IMG/VR virus record: IMGVR_UViG_3300033144_005399
Location: 1 to 52,885 of that record
Length of the DNA: 52,885 bases
Reading direction: 5' to 3' (one strand)
Origin: a virus
Lineage: Duplodnaviria > Caudoviricetes
In this document: in pieces, positions 40,721 to 49,829 of the stretch
Layout of the letters: every line of letters begins with the position of its first letter
Position numbering within the stretch: the stretch's first letter is position 1
Position numbers and translations under genes: made by a program
Notes under the pieces: model-generated
Told to the model about the DNA's origin: nothing
The model's input: the letters and a program-made list of their open reading frames with translations, nothing else
The model's database searches: none

Positions 40721-43006
40721 ATGGCAACCGCGATTTTCTTCAACGGGCGGCGGATCAACGTCCCCCAAGCGGTCAGTGAGATCGACGCTTCCGCGTTGGC
40801 GGCCGTGTCGCCTTCAGCGGTCGGCATCGTCGCGCTCCTCGGCACGGCCGAGGGTGGCAAACCGCTCGACGCGTGCGAGGAGTTCGCTGACTCCACGCGC
40901 TCGGACTCGCTGCGCAACAAGTATCGGTCCGGCGACCTGCTGACGGCCGGTCTCTTCGCGTTCGAGCCGAGCGCCGACGACGCGGTTCCCGGCGGCGCGC
41001 AGCGACTTGTCACCGTGAAGGTGAACGACTCTACGCAGTCGATCGCGACGCTGGTCGATGCCGCCGTCGCGGACGCGGTGGATCTGACGTCCAGCGATTG
41101 GGGTCAGTTCACCGAGCAGATCAACATCGACGTCGCGGCGGGCACCGTCCAGGGCAAGCTGATCACGATCATCTTCGAGGACGTCACCGAGACGTTCGAC
41201 GACGTGGGCGGCGACGCGATCATGGACGTGCTCTACACGCCCGGCACCGACGGCTGGGACGTCCCGATGCCTGCTGCCATCGCCGCGCTCGGCTTCACCG
41301 CGACGGGCTCCAAGGCGGAGACCGGGCTCGGCGCGGAGATGACCGCGGTCATCCCCGCGGGTCTTCCCGCAGGGTTGGAGATTCTGAGCGCGGGCGCGGA
41401 GCCCACGCAGCCGACGGTGACCATCTATGGGCTCGTCGGCGTCGTGGCGACGCGTGAGACGCTCACGCTCACCGCTGCCGGTGTGACGGCCGTGCCCACC
41501 GCGTCGCTTCTCTGGGACAAGGTGCTCGGGGCATCCATCTCGGGAACGACGGCGAACACCGTTACGGTGCGCGTTGCTGGCGGTGGTGCGACGGCGCTCA
41601 CCATCGGCGCCGGTGCCGACGGTACGGCCGGTGTCGTGCTCGTCTCGAACGGCATCGCCGCGGGCGTGCTCACGGTCAGCATCGACGTGAACGCTGCGTT
41701 CGACGCCGCGTACTTCGGCATCAACTCAGCGGGCGCCGAGGTGCAGGAGCGCTTCGACATGACGCTCGGCACGACGCCGGTGGTCGGCGTGGTTCCCTTC
41801 GCGGACGTCGATGTCATCGCACTCGGCGACTTCATCGTCGGCCGCACGGTCACCGCGACCCTCACGACGATCAGCGTGCTGGTCGCGACCTTCCCGACGG
41901 TGCAGCGTGTCGTCGATCGGCTGAACGCGCTCGACGGCATCACCGCGAACGCGACGGTCAGCAACCCGACCACGTTCAATCTCGTCGATGCGGACTACGC
42001 AGCCGCCGCGGACATCACCACGCCCGCGCAGGAATACTACGCGGACCTCTACGAGTTCATCACCGCGATCAACGAGGGCAGCCAGTACATCGACGCCGCA
42101 CGTGCGACGGCCGCGTCGGCAGTGCCCGCGAATCTCGCGGCTCCGGTGTTCCTCGCGGGGGGTACCGAGGGCCCGTCGACCATCACCGAGTGGCAGACGG
42201 CGTTCACGGCGCTTCAGAAGCGTCGCGTGAACATCATCGTGCCGCTCTCGCGCGACCCCGCGGTCCACAGTCTGTGCCTCACGCACCTCGTCGCGCGCGC
42301 CGGCCGGCTCCGCAGCGAAGCGAACGGCTACATCGGTCACGCGGATACTGACCTCGCGGGCACCTCGCTCACGGTCACGAAGAGCGAGATCGTCGCACTT
42401 CAGTCGCGGCACCTCTCGCATCTCGCACAGGAGATTCAGCGCTTCGACGCGGTGACCGGAGAGGCGACGTTCTACTCCCCGTACCACCTCGCCGCCATCT
42501 GCGCGGGCATGCAGGCGGGCAGCGCCATCGGCGAGCCGCTCACGCGCAAGCGTCCCATCGCGACCGACATCCGGCAGGACAGCTCGTGGACGGTCGAGGA
42601 CAACGTGGAGTCGCTCATCGACGCGGGTCTCATGATGTTCGAGAAGATCGACGGCATCGGTATCCGTTGCGTGCGCAGCATCACCGGACATCTCGCCGAC
42701 GACAACCTCGTCTTCACGGAGATGAGCGCGAATGAGTCGGCGAACACCGCGGTGTTCGAGTTCCGCACTGCGCTGGAGCGGAAGATCGGCCAGCGCGCGC
42801 TGGCGGGAACGGCCGCGGCAATCAAGGGTCTCGCGAACGACGTGCTCGGACGTCTCATCGACGACGAGATCATCGTCGCGTACCGCGCGCTTCAGGTGGA
42901 ACAGATCGGGGACGTGTTTCCCGTGAGCGTCGAAATCGCGCCGGTGGTTCCGGTCAACTTCATCCCCATCACGGTGCACCTCGTCGCGCTTCGGACCGCG
43001 GCGTAA
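40721..43006 (+). CDS. Tail sheath protein (761 aa, with insertion domains)
   Basis: GAGGAG RBS. N-terminal IFFNG..VALLGTAEGGKP, LAGGTEG..W, GEPLTRK, LIDAG and C-terminal PVVPVNFI. Confidence 0.93.
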   Translation: MATAIFFNGRRINVPQAVSEIDASALAAVSPSAVGIVALLGTAEGGKPLDACEEFADSTRSDSLRNKYRSGDLLTAGLFAFEPSADDAVPGGAQRLVTVKVNDSTQSIATLVDAAVADAVDLTSSDWGQFTEQINIDVAAGTVQGKLITIIFEDVTETFDDVGGDAIMDVLYTPGTDGWDVPMPAAIAALGFTATGSKAETGLGAEMTAVIPAGLPAGLEILSAGAEPTQPTVTIYGLVGVVATRETLTLTAAGVTAVPTASLLWDKVLGASISGTTANTVTVRVAGGGATALTIGAGADGTAGVVLVSNGIAAGVLTVSIDVNAAFDAAYFGINSAGAEVQERFDMTLGTTPVVGVVPFADVDVIALGDFIVGRTVTATLTTISVLVATFPTVQRVVDRLNALDGITANATVSNPTTFNLVDADYAAAADITTPAQEYYADLYEFITAINEGSQYIDAARATAASAVPANLAAPVFLAGGTEGPSTITEWQTAFTALQKRRVNIIVPLSRDPAVHSLCLTHLVARAGRLRSEANGYIGHADTDLAGTSLTVTKSEIVALQSRHLSHLAQEIQRFDAVTGEATFYSPYHLAAICAGMQAGSAIGEPLTRKRPIATDIRQDSSWTVEDNVESLIDAGLMMFEKIDGIGIRCVRSITGHLADDNLVFTEMSANESANTAVFEFRTALERKIGQRALAGTAAAIKGLANDVLGRLIDDEIIVAYRALQVEQIGDVFPVSVEIAPVVPVNFIPITVHLVALRTAA

Positions 43007-43018
43007 CGGAGACGGAAC

Positions 43019-43453
43019 ATGACGACCCGAGGCTTGGTTCTCACCGGCGCACGCGCGCGCTTGCTCATCAACGGTGTCAAGGTAGCTCTCGCTACCAACG
43101 TCTCGTACAGTGAGGAGATCGCGCATGACCCCCTTGAAGTTTTGGATGATTTCGCGGTAGCCGAACACGTGCCGACCGCCTACCGCTGCACCTTCAGCGC
43201 GCAGATGGTTCGCGTGATCACGAACACGATCAAGAACCGCGATGGCGTTGTCATCATGCCGCGCCTCGAAGACATCCTCACGGCCGAGGAGCTGACGGCG
43301 ACGGTCGAAGACGCAGGCACCGGCAGCGTGCTCGCGAACATCGAGCGCGTGAAGGCGGTGCGCTACACGAACAACATCGGCGCTCGGGGCATGGTCCTGA
43401 CCGACGTCGAGTTCGTCGCGATCCGGGTTCGCAACGAATCCGAGATCGTCTAG
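43019..43453 (+). CDS. Tail tube protein
   Basis: 144 aa directly after the sheath. LTGAR..INGV..VAEHVPT. Confidence 0.88.
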   Translation: MTTRGLVLTGARARLLINGVKVALATNVSYSEEIAHDPLEVLDDFAVAEHVPTAYRCTFSAQMVRVITNTIKNRDGVVIMPRLEDILTAEELTATVEDAGTGSVLANIERVKAVRYTNNIGARGMVLTDVEFVAIRVRNESEIV

Positions 43454-43496
43454 CTGACGCACGCGGCTGGCTCGCCGCGCGCAGAAGGAGATACCC

Positions 43497-44021
43497 ATGG
43501 AAAGCCCCGACGAGATCAGCAAGCGCTTGGACGACGCGCACGCGGATCTCATCCAGACACCCGAGGAGAAGGCCGGCGCCTTGACACCGGTCACCACCAT
43601 CCAGCTCGATGCGAAGGGCACGACCCGGCATTGGGCTGGCGAGTTCACGTACAAGGTCCCGACGCTCGCCGACCAGATCAAGATCGGCGCGATGAAGACG
43701 GCGTACCTGCCGATGGGCAGCGCCAACGATCCGACCGCGGCGATGCTCGTCGAGCAGATCTGCTACCTGGAGATCACGCTCACGAAGAAGCCCGATTGGT
43801 GGAAGCCGATGGACTTCTACGACGCCACACCGGTATCCGCTTTGTACAAGGAGGTGACTCAGTACGAGCGTCGATTTCACGGCGAGCGTGAGGACGCCAT
43901 TGCAGATGAAGGCGGAGCTGTCGGAGTGGAAGAACCCGATGGAGACGGTGGCGTTGATGTGGGCCGAAAAGTTCAGCCTCCCGCCCAACGATCCGAGACT
44001 CTTGTCTCTCACAGCGCGTGA
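43497..44021 (+). CDS. Tail assembly chaperone (G-like)
   Basis: Between tube and tape measure. AAGGAG RBS. GEFTYKVPT..D..KIG and KPDWW. Confidence 0.75.
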   Translation: MESPDEISKRLDDAHADLIQTPEEKAGALTPVTTIQLDAKGTTRHWAGEFTYKVPTLADQIKIGAMKTAYLPMGSANDPTAAMLVEQICYLEITLTKKPDWWKPMDFYDATPVSALYKEVTQYERRFHGEREDAIADEGGAVGVEEPDGDGGVDVGRKVQPPAQRSETLVSHSA

Positions 44022-44250
44022 GGCCATTGAGCAGATCAACGGGCTCGCGGCGCTAGAGATGGTACGCGCGGAGCGCGTGACGGCGGAGACCCAGAAGACC
44101 ACGATTCACAACGATCCCCGTGGACGCACAGACGAAGCAGCAGTCTCGATCGCGGATACTCCGCATCTGACCGGCGATCCTGAATGGGACGCGATCGAGT
44201 TGGCGGAAACCAACCCGACGAAGGAGCCCTTGAAGGTCGCTCATGGCTGA
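43876..44250 (+). CDS. +1-frame extension of the tail assembly chaperone (GT-like)
   Basis: The +1 frame is open from 43858 to 44250 and has no clear RBS. It encodes FSLPPNDPRLLSLT. Candidate slip site CGA TTT C at 43872-43878. Confidence 0.65.
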   Translation, partial: FTASVRTPLQMKAELSEWKNPMETVALMWAEKFSLPPNDPRLLSLTAREAIEQINGLAALEMVRAERVTAETQKTTIHNDPRGRTDEAAVSIADTPHLTGDPEWDAIELAETNPTKEPLKVAHG

Positions 44251-46492
44251 GCAGAGATACCGGACCGTCATCGAGATCGGGGTCGAGGACCGGGAGGTTC
44301 GCGGGCTCGACGAGACGATCTCTCGCGCCTTCGACGACCGGACGTTGATCGCCTTCGAGCGCGCCATCGAGCGCAGCACCCGCTCGATGTCGAAGCTGGT
44401 GCGGGAGAGCGAGAAGCTGGAGCGCGTGCTGCGGCGCGTCGAGGGGCTCCAGGGCGGCTTCGGAGGCGGAGGCGGCGCCGGTGGCGGAGGAGGGCTCGGA
44501 GCGCCTCCTGTCGGCGGTGGGGGCGGCGGAGGGGGCGGCGACATCGCGGCAGCCCTCAACAACGTCGCGCGGTCGGTTCAGCAGCTCCAGTCCATCAATC
44601 AGCAGCAGGGCCGGCAGCAGATCCGCCGGACGGCGGTGGGGACAGCCATCGGGCGCATGGCGACGGGAAGCATGGGGGGCACAGCCATTCAGTCCCTCGT
44701 CACGGCCATCCCGTGGATCGGGCCGGTCCTCGGCGCGGGCATGGGCGCGATGCAGCAGTTCTACCAGGAGCACATGGGTGTCCGCGAGGCCGAGGCGCGG
44801 AACTACGGCACGACCGGCATGCGGGGCACGCGCGGCACGCGCATGGCGGGTCCCGCGGGCCGCGGGCAGGGCTTCCAGCGCTTCGGCTACGACCCGGGTC
44901 AGGCGGTCTCGCAGGTCGCCAACATCTCCCGGCAGACCGGGCGACGTGGCGGCCAAGGCGGTGCGCGCGGAGGGCTCTACGGAGCCGGCGGCAGCTTCGT
45001 GCCTCGCTTGATGGAAGCTCAGGAGTACATGGGGCTCGGGCAGCTCGGCGGCATCACAGGGGCAGCAGAGACGGCTGGCGGTCAGGTCGCGGACCCAACG
45101 ACTCAGATCATGCAGGCGATCAGCTCGGGCGTCGTGACAGGTATCCGCGTCTCGCGCCTCGATCGCTACTTCTCGCAGATCGCTTCGACGGTCGAAGACA
45201 TGCGCTCGCGAGGCTTCGACATCTCGCCCGAGAGCCTCATGCAGGCGAGCCAGGGGTTCGGGCAGCTCGGGCGCTCCCCGGGAGGCGGCAACCGGTTCCA
45301 AGGCGCGTCAGGCGCGGCGATGGCGCGCAGCATGACGGGCGCGATGACGGGCGGTCTCGGCCGGACACCGGGCGTCGCGAGCCTGGTCGCGCTGCGGGCG
45401 GCCGGCTACGGCCAAGGGGGCGTCGGGTACCAGGAAGCGCTCCGCCGCATCCAGAGCGGAGACCCGGCTGTCATGCAATCGATCGTCACTGCGATCAACG
45501 ATGCAGCCGGGAACGATCCCGCGGTCGCGGCGGAGATGCACACGCAGCTTGGGCAGTCGCTCTACGGGCGGGTGCCGTCGCAGGTCGACGCGGACGCGCT
45601 GGCGAGTGGCGACACATCCTTCCTCACCGGAGGTGTCAGCACGAGACCGGGGCAAGAGGCACTCGCCGCTGCGGCCGAGGGTGGTACGCGCGCGCAGGCC
45701 GCCTCAGCCGGCGAGGCGGGATACCGTGCGGGGCGTCAACGTCTCGGTGGGCGCGTCGCGGCTGCGGGCGGCGTTCAGGCGATGCGCAACGCGGACCTGC
45801 GCGTGTTGGGTATCTTCCTTCCGCGCATTAGCGGTGCGATCGATTCGATCGTCGATTTCATCTCAGGGACGATGACGGCGTTCGACGAGGGCGGCATCAC
45901 GGGCGCGATGGCGCACATGGGGAGCGAGATCGTCGGAGGTATCCTTCGGCACATGAGCGCGGCCATCACCGAAGCCTTTGGCGGGATGGTCGTTCTAATG
46001 GCTCGGGCGCTCAACAGCATTCCGGGCGTCAGCATCGACATCGGCGAGCTGGAGACGCGCGTTGCCCAGCATGTAGCGGCCACACGGCGCATGGCGGACG
46101 ACCCCGAAGGTGCGATGGCGGGGGCGCGCGGCGAAGCGGGTACGGCGCGCAACGTCATCACCCCGCGCTCGGCCCGCAGCCGGCGGCAGCGAGAGCAGTT
46201 CCGAAATCTGGCGTCGCGTCATGCGATGGCGGGAGGTACGACCATGCCACCGCGCCCGGAGGGATCTTCTGTGTCCGCTGCGCGGTGGAGTCAGTTGTGG
46301 CGCGACTACCAAGAGGAATCGGGCGGGACGATGGATCTGCCCTTCGCGGATCAGATGGGCGGCGGTCCGCACGAGCTGGATCAGGAAGTCGCGAGGCGAG
46401 CGCAATCACTTGCCGATGTTCTTCAGCAGCGCGCGAGTCAAAGCGGCGGGGGCGGCGCGTCGGAGAGCACCGTGTCCCCCGGCGAGGAATGA
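44243..46492 (+). CDS. Tape measure protein
   Basis: Gly/Ala/Gln/Met-rich helical protein with hydrophobic stretches, following the chaperones. Confidence 0.8.
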   Translation: MAEQRYRTVIEIGVEDREVRGLDETISRAFDDRTLIAFERAIERSTRSMSKLVRESEKLERVLRRVEGLQGGFGGGGGAGGGGGLGAPPVGGGGGGGGGDIAAALNNVARSVQQLQSINQQQGRQQIRRTAVGTAIGRMATGSMGGTAIQSLVTAIPWIGPVLGAGMGAMQQFYQEHMGVREAEARNYGTTGMRGTRGTRMAGPAGRGQGFQRFGYDPGQAVSQVANISRQTGRRGGQGGARGGLYGAGGSFVPRLMEAQEYMGLGQLGGITGAAETAGGQVADPTTQIMQAISSGVVTGIRVSRLDRYFSQIASTVEDMRSRGFDISPESLMQASQGFGQLGRSPGGGNRFQGASGAAMARSMTGAMTGGLGRTPGVASLVALRAAGYGQGGVGYQEALRRIQSGDPAVMQSIVTAINDAAGNDPAVAAEMHTQLGQSLYGRVPSQVDADALASGDTSFLTGGVSTRPGQEALAAAAEGGTRAQAASAGEAGYRAGRQRLGGRVAAAGGVQAMRNADLRVLGIFLPRISGAIDSIVDFISGTMTAFDEGGITGAMAHMGSEIVGGILRHMSAAITEAFGGMVVLMARALNSIPGVSIDIGELETRVAQHVAATRRMADDPEGAMAGARGEAGTARNVITPRSARSRRQREQFRNLASRHAMAGGTTMPPRPEGSSVSAARWSQLWRDYQEESGGTMDLPFADQMGGGPHELDQEVARRAQSLADVLQQRASQSGGGGASESTVSPGEE

Positions 46493-48535
46493 GTGCCTCG
46501 CGAGGACCGGCAGCGGTGGAATCAGGCAACGCACACGCGTGCGGTCGTCTCGTTCCACACTGACGAGGGTTTCGACTCGGGCCTGATCCGTTTGCATCCT
46601 GACTTCGGTCAGATCGTCGGGGTATCCACGGACAAGAGTATGGGCGCGGCCGCGGGGTCGTTCACCGTCGTGGTGAAGAAGCCACCACGTACCGAGTTCC
46701 TGCGACGAAGCTGGCGGAACCTCTGGATCGATCCCGAGCAGGTATGGGTGCGCATCAAGTTCATCGTCGATGGCGAAACCATCGACACGATGTTCGGGCA
46801 GATCGACACCGTTAGCGAGAGCACTTCTCGTTCGGGCGGCGGTGCACGCAACGAGACGTTCACGATCTCGGGGCGCGACTTCGGCAAGGTGTTCGAGACG
46901 ACCGAGCTGTTCACGAACTTCTACTCATCCGAGGCGCAGTCGCAGGGGATACTGTCGATGGCTGCCCTGATCCGTGCGGGGATGGACAACATCTCAGGCA
47001 CACCGGCCCACTTCCAGCGGTTCCTCATCGAGACGTGGCTGGCGAACAACAACATCGGTGAAGCGCAGTGGCGGTTGCCGGCTTCGCTCGGCGGGGATGC
47101 GTTCTCCGCGCTGCTGAATCTCGGGACGATCCAGCGCATGACGCAGCGCACGAACGGAGTGCTCCACAACCCCACCATCATCGACATCAACGGGCAGCAG
47201 GGGAACAAGCTCTGGGAGTCGATGACGAACCTCTCTCATGGGCTGCTCAATGAGCTGTGGGTCGACCTCGCGCCCCCACCGTCAGCGCCTCCCGCTCAGC
47301 TTCCTTCCTCCGTGTTCCCGACGGCCACAATCACGAACGTGTCGAACCGACCGTCGGCAGCGAGCACGCCGCCGCTCGATGGGCTCGTGCCGAGCGTGTA
47401 CCTGCGCGAGCGACCCTTCCCGACACGCAACCGGGCAGGCACGCAGACCAACAATCGGAAATGGGATCAGCTACGCACACGCGTTCTGCAAAAGGGCGAC
47501 GTGCAGTCGAGACAGCTCGCGCGCGGCGGAGCGTCGCACCGGTACAACTATTGGCAGCTCGATGCCGTCGGGCTCGCGTCGCAGGATTACGGCAACGTGA
47601 ACATTCTCCAGCGCGGCATCGAGGGGGTCGACCCGGGACGCCCGGGGAACAACCCGATCTTCAATGAAGAGAGCATGCAGCGGCACGGTATCCGCCGGTA
47701 CTTCCAGTCGACCCGGTTCCTGCCTCTGCGTCAGACGGACCCCGATGCCGAGATCTGGATCCGCGCCGCCGCGGGCTGGCTGAAGAAGCTGCACGACTGG
47801 TACTCCATCGCACCCTTCCAGTTGAGCGGTTCGATCGGCACGACGCGCGTCATGCCTGAGATTCGGATCGGCGAGCGCATCAAAGAGGTGCGCGATGAGG
47901 GGACCATCGTCTACTACTGCGAGGGCGTGTCCCATGAGTGGCAGTATCCGAATGCAGGGCGCACCACGCTCACACTCACGCGCGGGGAGTACGAGAACGC
48001 CGATCTGCTCGGCCGCATCTACCGGCAGCATGAAAACCCGAGGACGCTGAGCGCGCGGGAGCGGTGCTTCGTGACGGCTGTGCAAACCGACGCGCAGCTT
48101 CAGACGGGCAGCGGGCAGTCGCCAGAGCTGATCGATCAGCTCGCTCGGGGCTGCACGTTCGCGGCGGTCGCAGGAGACGAGTCGGGGTTCACCACCGACC
48201 CGGGGGCGGGTGAGTTGTCGGGGCCGGGCGACGAGATCTCGCGCACGCAGCGCACGCTCACGGCCGAGCGCGACGGGACCGTACCTCCTCGGGTGGATCC
48301 CAACGCTCCCGCCACGCAGGATCCGGGCATGAACCCGACGCTCGACGACACCGACCCCGCCATCGGCGACGACGAGCTGCCGGCACCCGGCGCTTCGACG
48401 ACCGAGCCGGGTGATCCGGCGCTGAGTCGAGAGGGGCTCGAAGCGGGCGAGCCGATCGAAACCGAGGGGCTCGACGGACTCGACTTCGACGACGCGAGCG
48501 ACGATCCGATCTTGGGCATCGAGGACGTACCGTGA
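46493..48535 (+). CDS. Baseplate hub protein
   Basis: VSTDKSM..AAGSFT, ISGRDFGK, LNELW, LRERPF, IRIGER and YYCEGVSHEW..TTLTLTRG. Acidic C-terminal tail. Confidence 0.75.
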   Translation: MPREDRQRWNQATHTRAVVSFHTDEGFDSGLIRLHPDFGQIVGVSTDKSMGAAAGSFTVVVKKPPRTEFLRRSWRNLWIDPEQVWVRIKFIVDGETIDTMFGQIDTVSESTSRSGGGARNETFTISGRDFGKVFETTELFTNFYSSEAQSQGILSMAALIRAGMDNISGTPAHFQRFLIETWLANNNIGEAQWRLPASLGGDAFSALLNLGTIQRMTQRTNGVLHNPTIIDINGQQGNKLWESMTNLSHGLLNELWVDLAPPPSAPPAQLPSSVFPTATITNVSNRPSAASTPPLDGLVPSVYLRERPFPTRNRAGTQTNNRKWDQLRTRVLQKGDVQSRQLARGGASHRYNYWQLDAVGLASQDYGNVNILQRGIEGVDPGRPGNNPIFNEESMQRHGIRRYFQSTRFLPLRQTDPDAEIWIRAAAGWLKKLHDWYSIAPFQLSGSIGTTRVMPEIRIGERIKEVRDEGTIVYYCEGVSHEWQYPNAGRTTLTLTRGEYENADLLGRIYRQHENPRTLSARERCFVTAVQTDAQLQTGSGQSPELIDQLARGCTFAAVAGDESGFTTDPGAGELSGPGDEISRTQRTLTAERDGTVPPRVDPNAPATQDPGMNPTLDDTDPAIGDDELPAPGASTTEPGDPALSREGLEAGEPIETEGLDGLDFDDASDDPILGIEDVP

Positions 48536-49539
48536 AGCAGCCAGTTCGACTTCGAGGCGGCGTCATCGTGCAGAGCGGTATCGGCCTTCGCAACAGGCGT
48601 GCGGCCGAGAGCATGCATAGGCCCCGTCGCTCGCACTACCGCGCGCTCGTGGTGAACACGAACGTCACCGATGAGCAAGACGAGCTAGGCCCGCAGTACG
48701 CGGTCGAGTGCGACGTGCTCCTCGTGGGGAGCGGGGAGCGCTTGCTGGGCGTGCACGTGCTCCAGCGGCAGCATGGGATCAACAATGTGCACGACCTGTG
48801 GATCCCGCGTCCGAGCACGCGCGTGATCAGCGGCAATGGCGACCTGAACCTCGTCGCGGCGGTATCCCGTCGCGGCACGCGCATCGGGCCGATGACTCCC
48901 TTCGACGACACGGACGGGGACATGGTGCTCGTCAGCTTCATCGAAGGACGGCAGGACTGGCCGATCATCGTGGGAGCGCTTCCTCACCAGCGCACGAACC
49001 GCATCGTCATCGCGGGTGAAGGGTGGGCCGAGGGCAGCGGCGCAACCCAGCGCGGCGTGCCCGAGAAGAACGAATACTACGTGCACCACAACGGTGCGGA
49101 GATCCGCGTCAACGGTTCCGGCGAGGTGCTGATTGACACCGTGGGCGCGTACACGGATGAGACGACCGAAGACGAGTCAGCCGACGTCGGACAGGTGCGC
49201 ATCCGAGTGAAGGAAGCCGACGACACGTCGGTGCGCTTCACGGTCGCGATCGGCGAGGACGACGACGTGCTCGAAGTCTTCAAAGACGGTTCGCAGCTCC
49301 GCATCGATCTCGGTGCGGGCGCCGACGAGCAGCTCGTGCTCGGCAATCGTTTGAAGACCTACATCACCGACGAGATCGCGACGAAGGTGAACACGTTCTG
49401 GTCGGCGGTCTATGCGATCCACAAGCACACGATTCCGATGGCCGGAACCACCGGCGCCCCCGACACACCTCAGACCGAGACCATCGCGGTGCTCCCCGAC
49501 ACCGCTCTCTCAGATCTCGCGAAAACGAAAAAGACCTGA
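48532..49539 (+). CDS. Baseplate spike (gpV/gp5-like) protein
   Basis: GDMVLVSFIEG..PIIVG OB-fold motif, beta-repeat region, LVLGN and HKH near the C-terminus. Confidence 0.8.
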   Translation: MKQPVRLRGGVIVQSGIGLRNRRAAESMHRPRRSHYRALVVNTNVTDEQDELGPQYAVECDVLLVGSGERLLGVHVLQRQHGINNVHDLWIPRPSTRVISGNGDLNLVAAVSRRGTRIGPMTPFDDTDGDMVLVSFIEGRQDWPIIVGALPHQRTNRIVIAGEGWAEGSGATQRGVPEKNEYYVHHNGAEIRVNGSGEVLIDTVGAYTDETTEDESADVGQVRIRVKEADDTSVRFTVAIGEDDDVLEVFKDGSQLRIDLGAGADEQLVLGNRLKTYITDEIATKVNTFWSAVYAIHKHTIPMAGTTGAPDTPQTETIAVLPDTALSDLAKTKKT

Positions 49540-49817
49540 TGCCACTTCTAGCAGGAACAGCGACGACCGCGGACTCGATGGCGAAGGCGCTCTACGACGC
49601 GACGAACGCAGAGTTCGGGGTGGTGACCGGCGCTCTGGATACCGATCGGCAGCGCATGTGCGAGGTCTTCGCATCTGCCGTCGTGAGTCACATCGCAGGC
49701 TTTGCCGACGTGCGCATCAAATCAACCGACGCTGGGCTTCAGCGCGACCCCGTTGCCCCCAACGATCTCACGGACGCACCGGGCGCGGATGTAGTGCTGG
49801 TCGGTGCTGTCGAGTAG
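49539..49817 (+). CDS. Small baseplate-associated hypothetical protein
   Basis: TGATG overlap after the spike gene. Confidence 0.6.
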   Translation: MPLLAGTATTADSMAKALYDATNAEFGVVTGALDTDRQRMCEVFASAVVSHIAGFADVRIKSTDAGLQRDPVAPNDLTDAPGADVVLVGAVE

Positions 49818-49829
49818 GATGGTGCGGAA

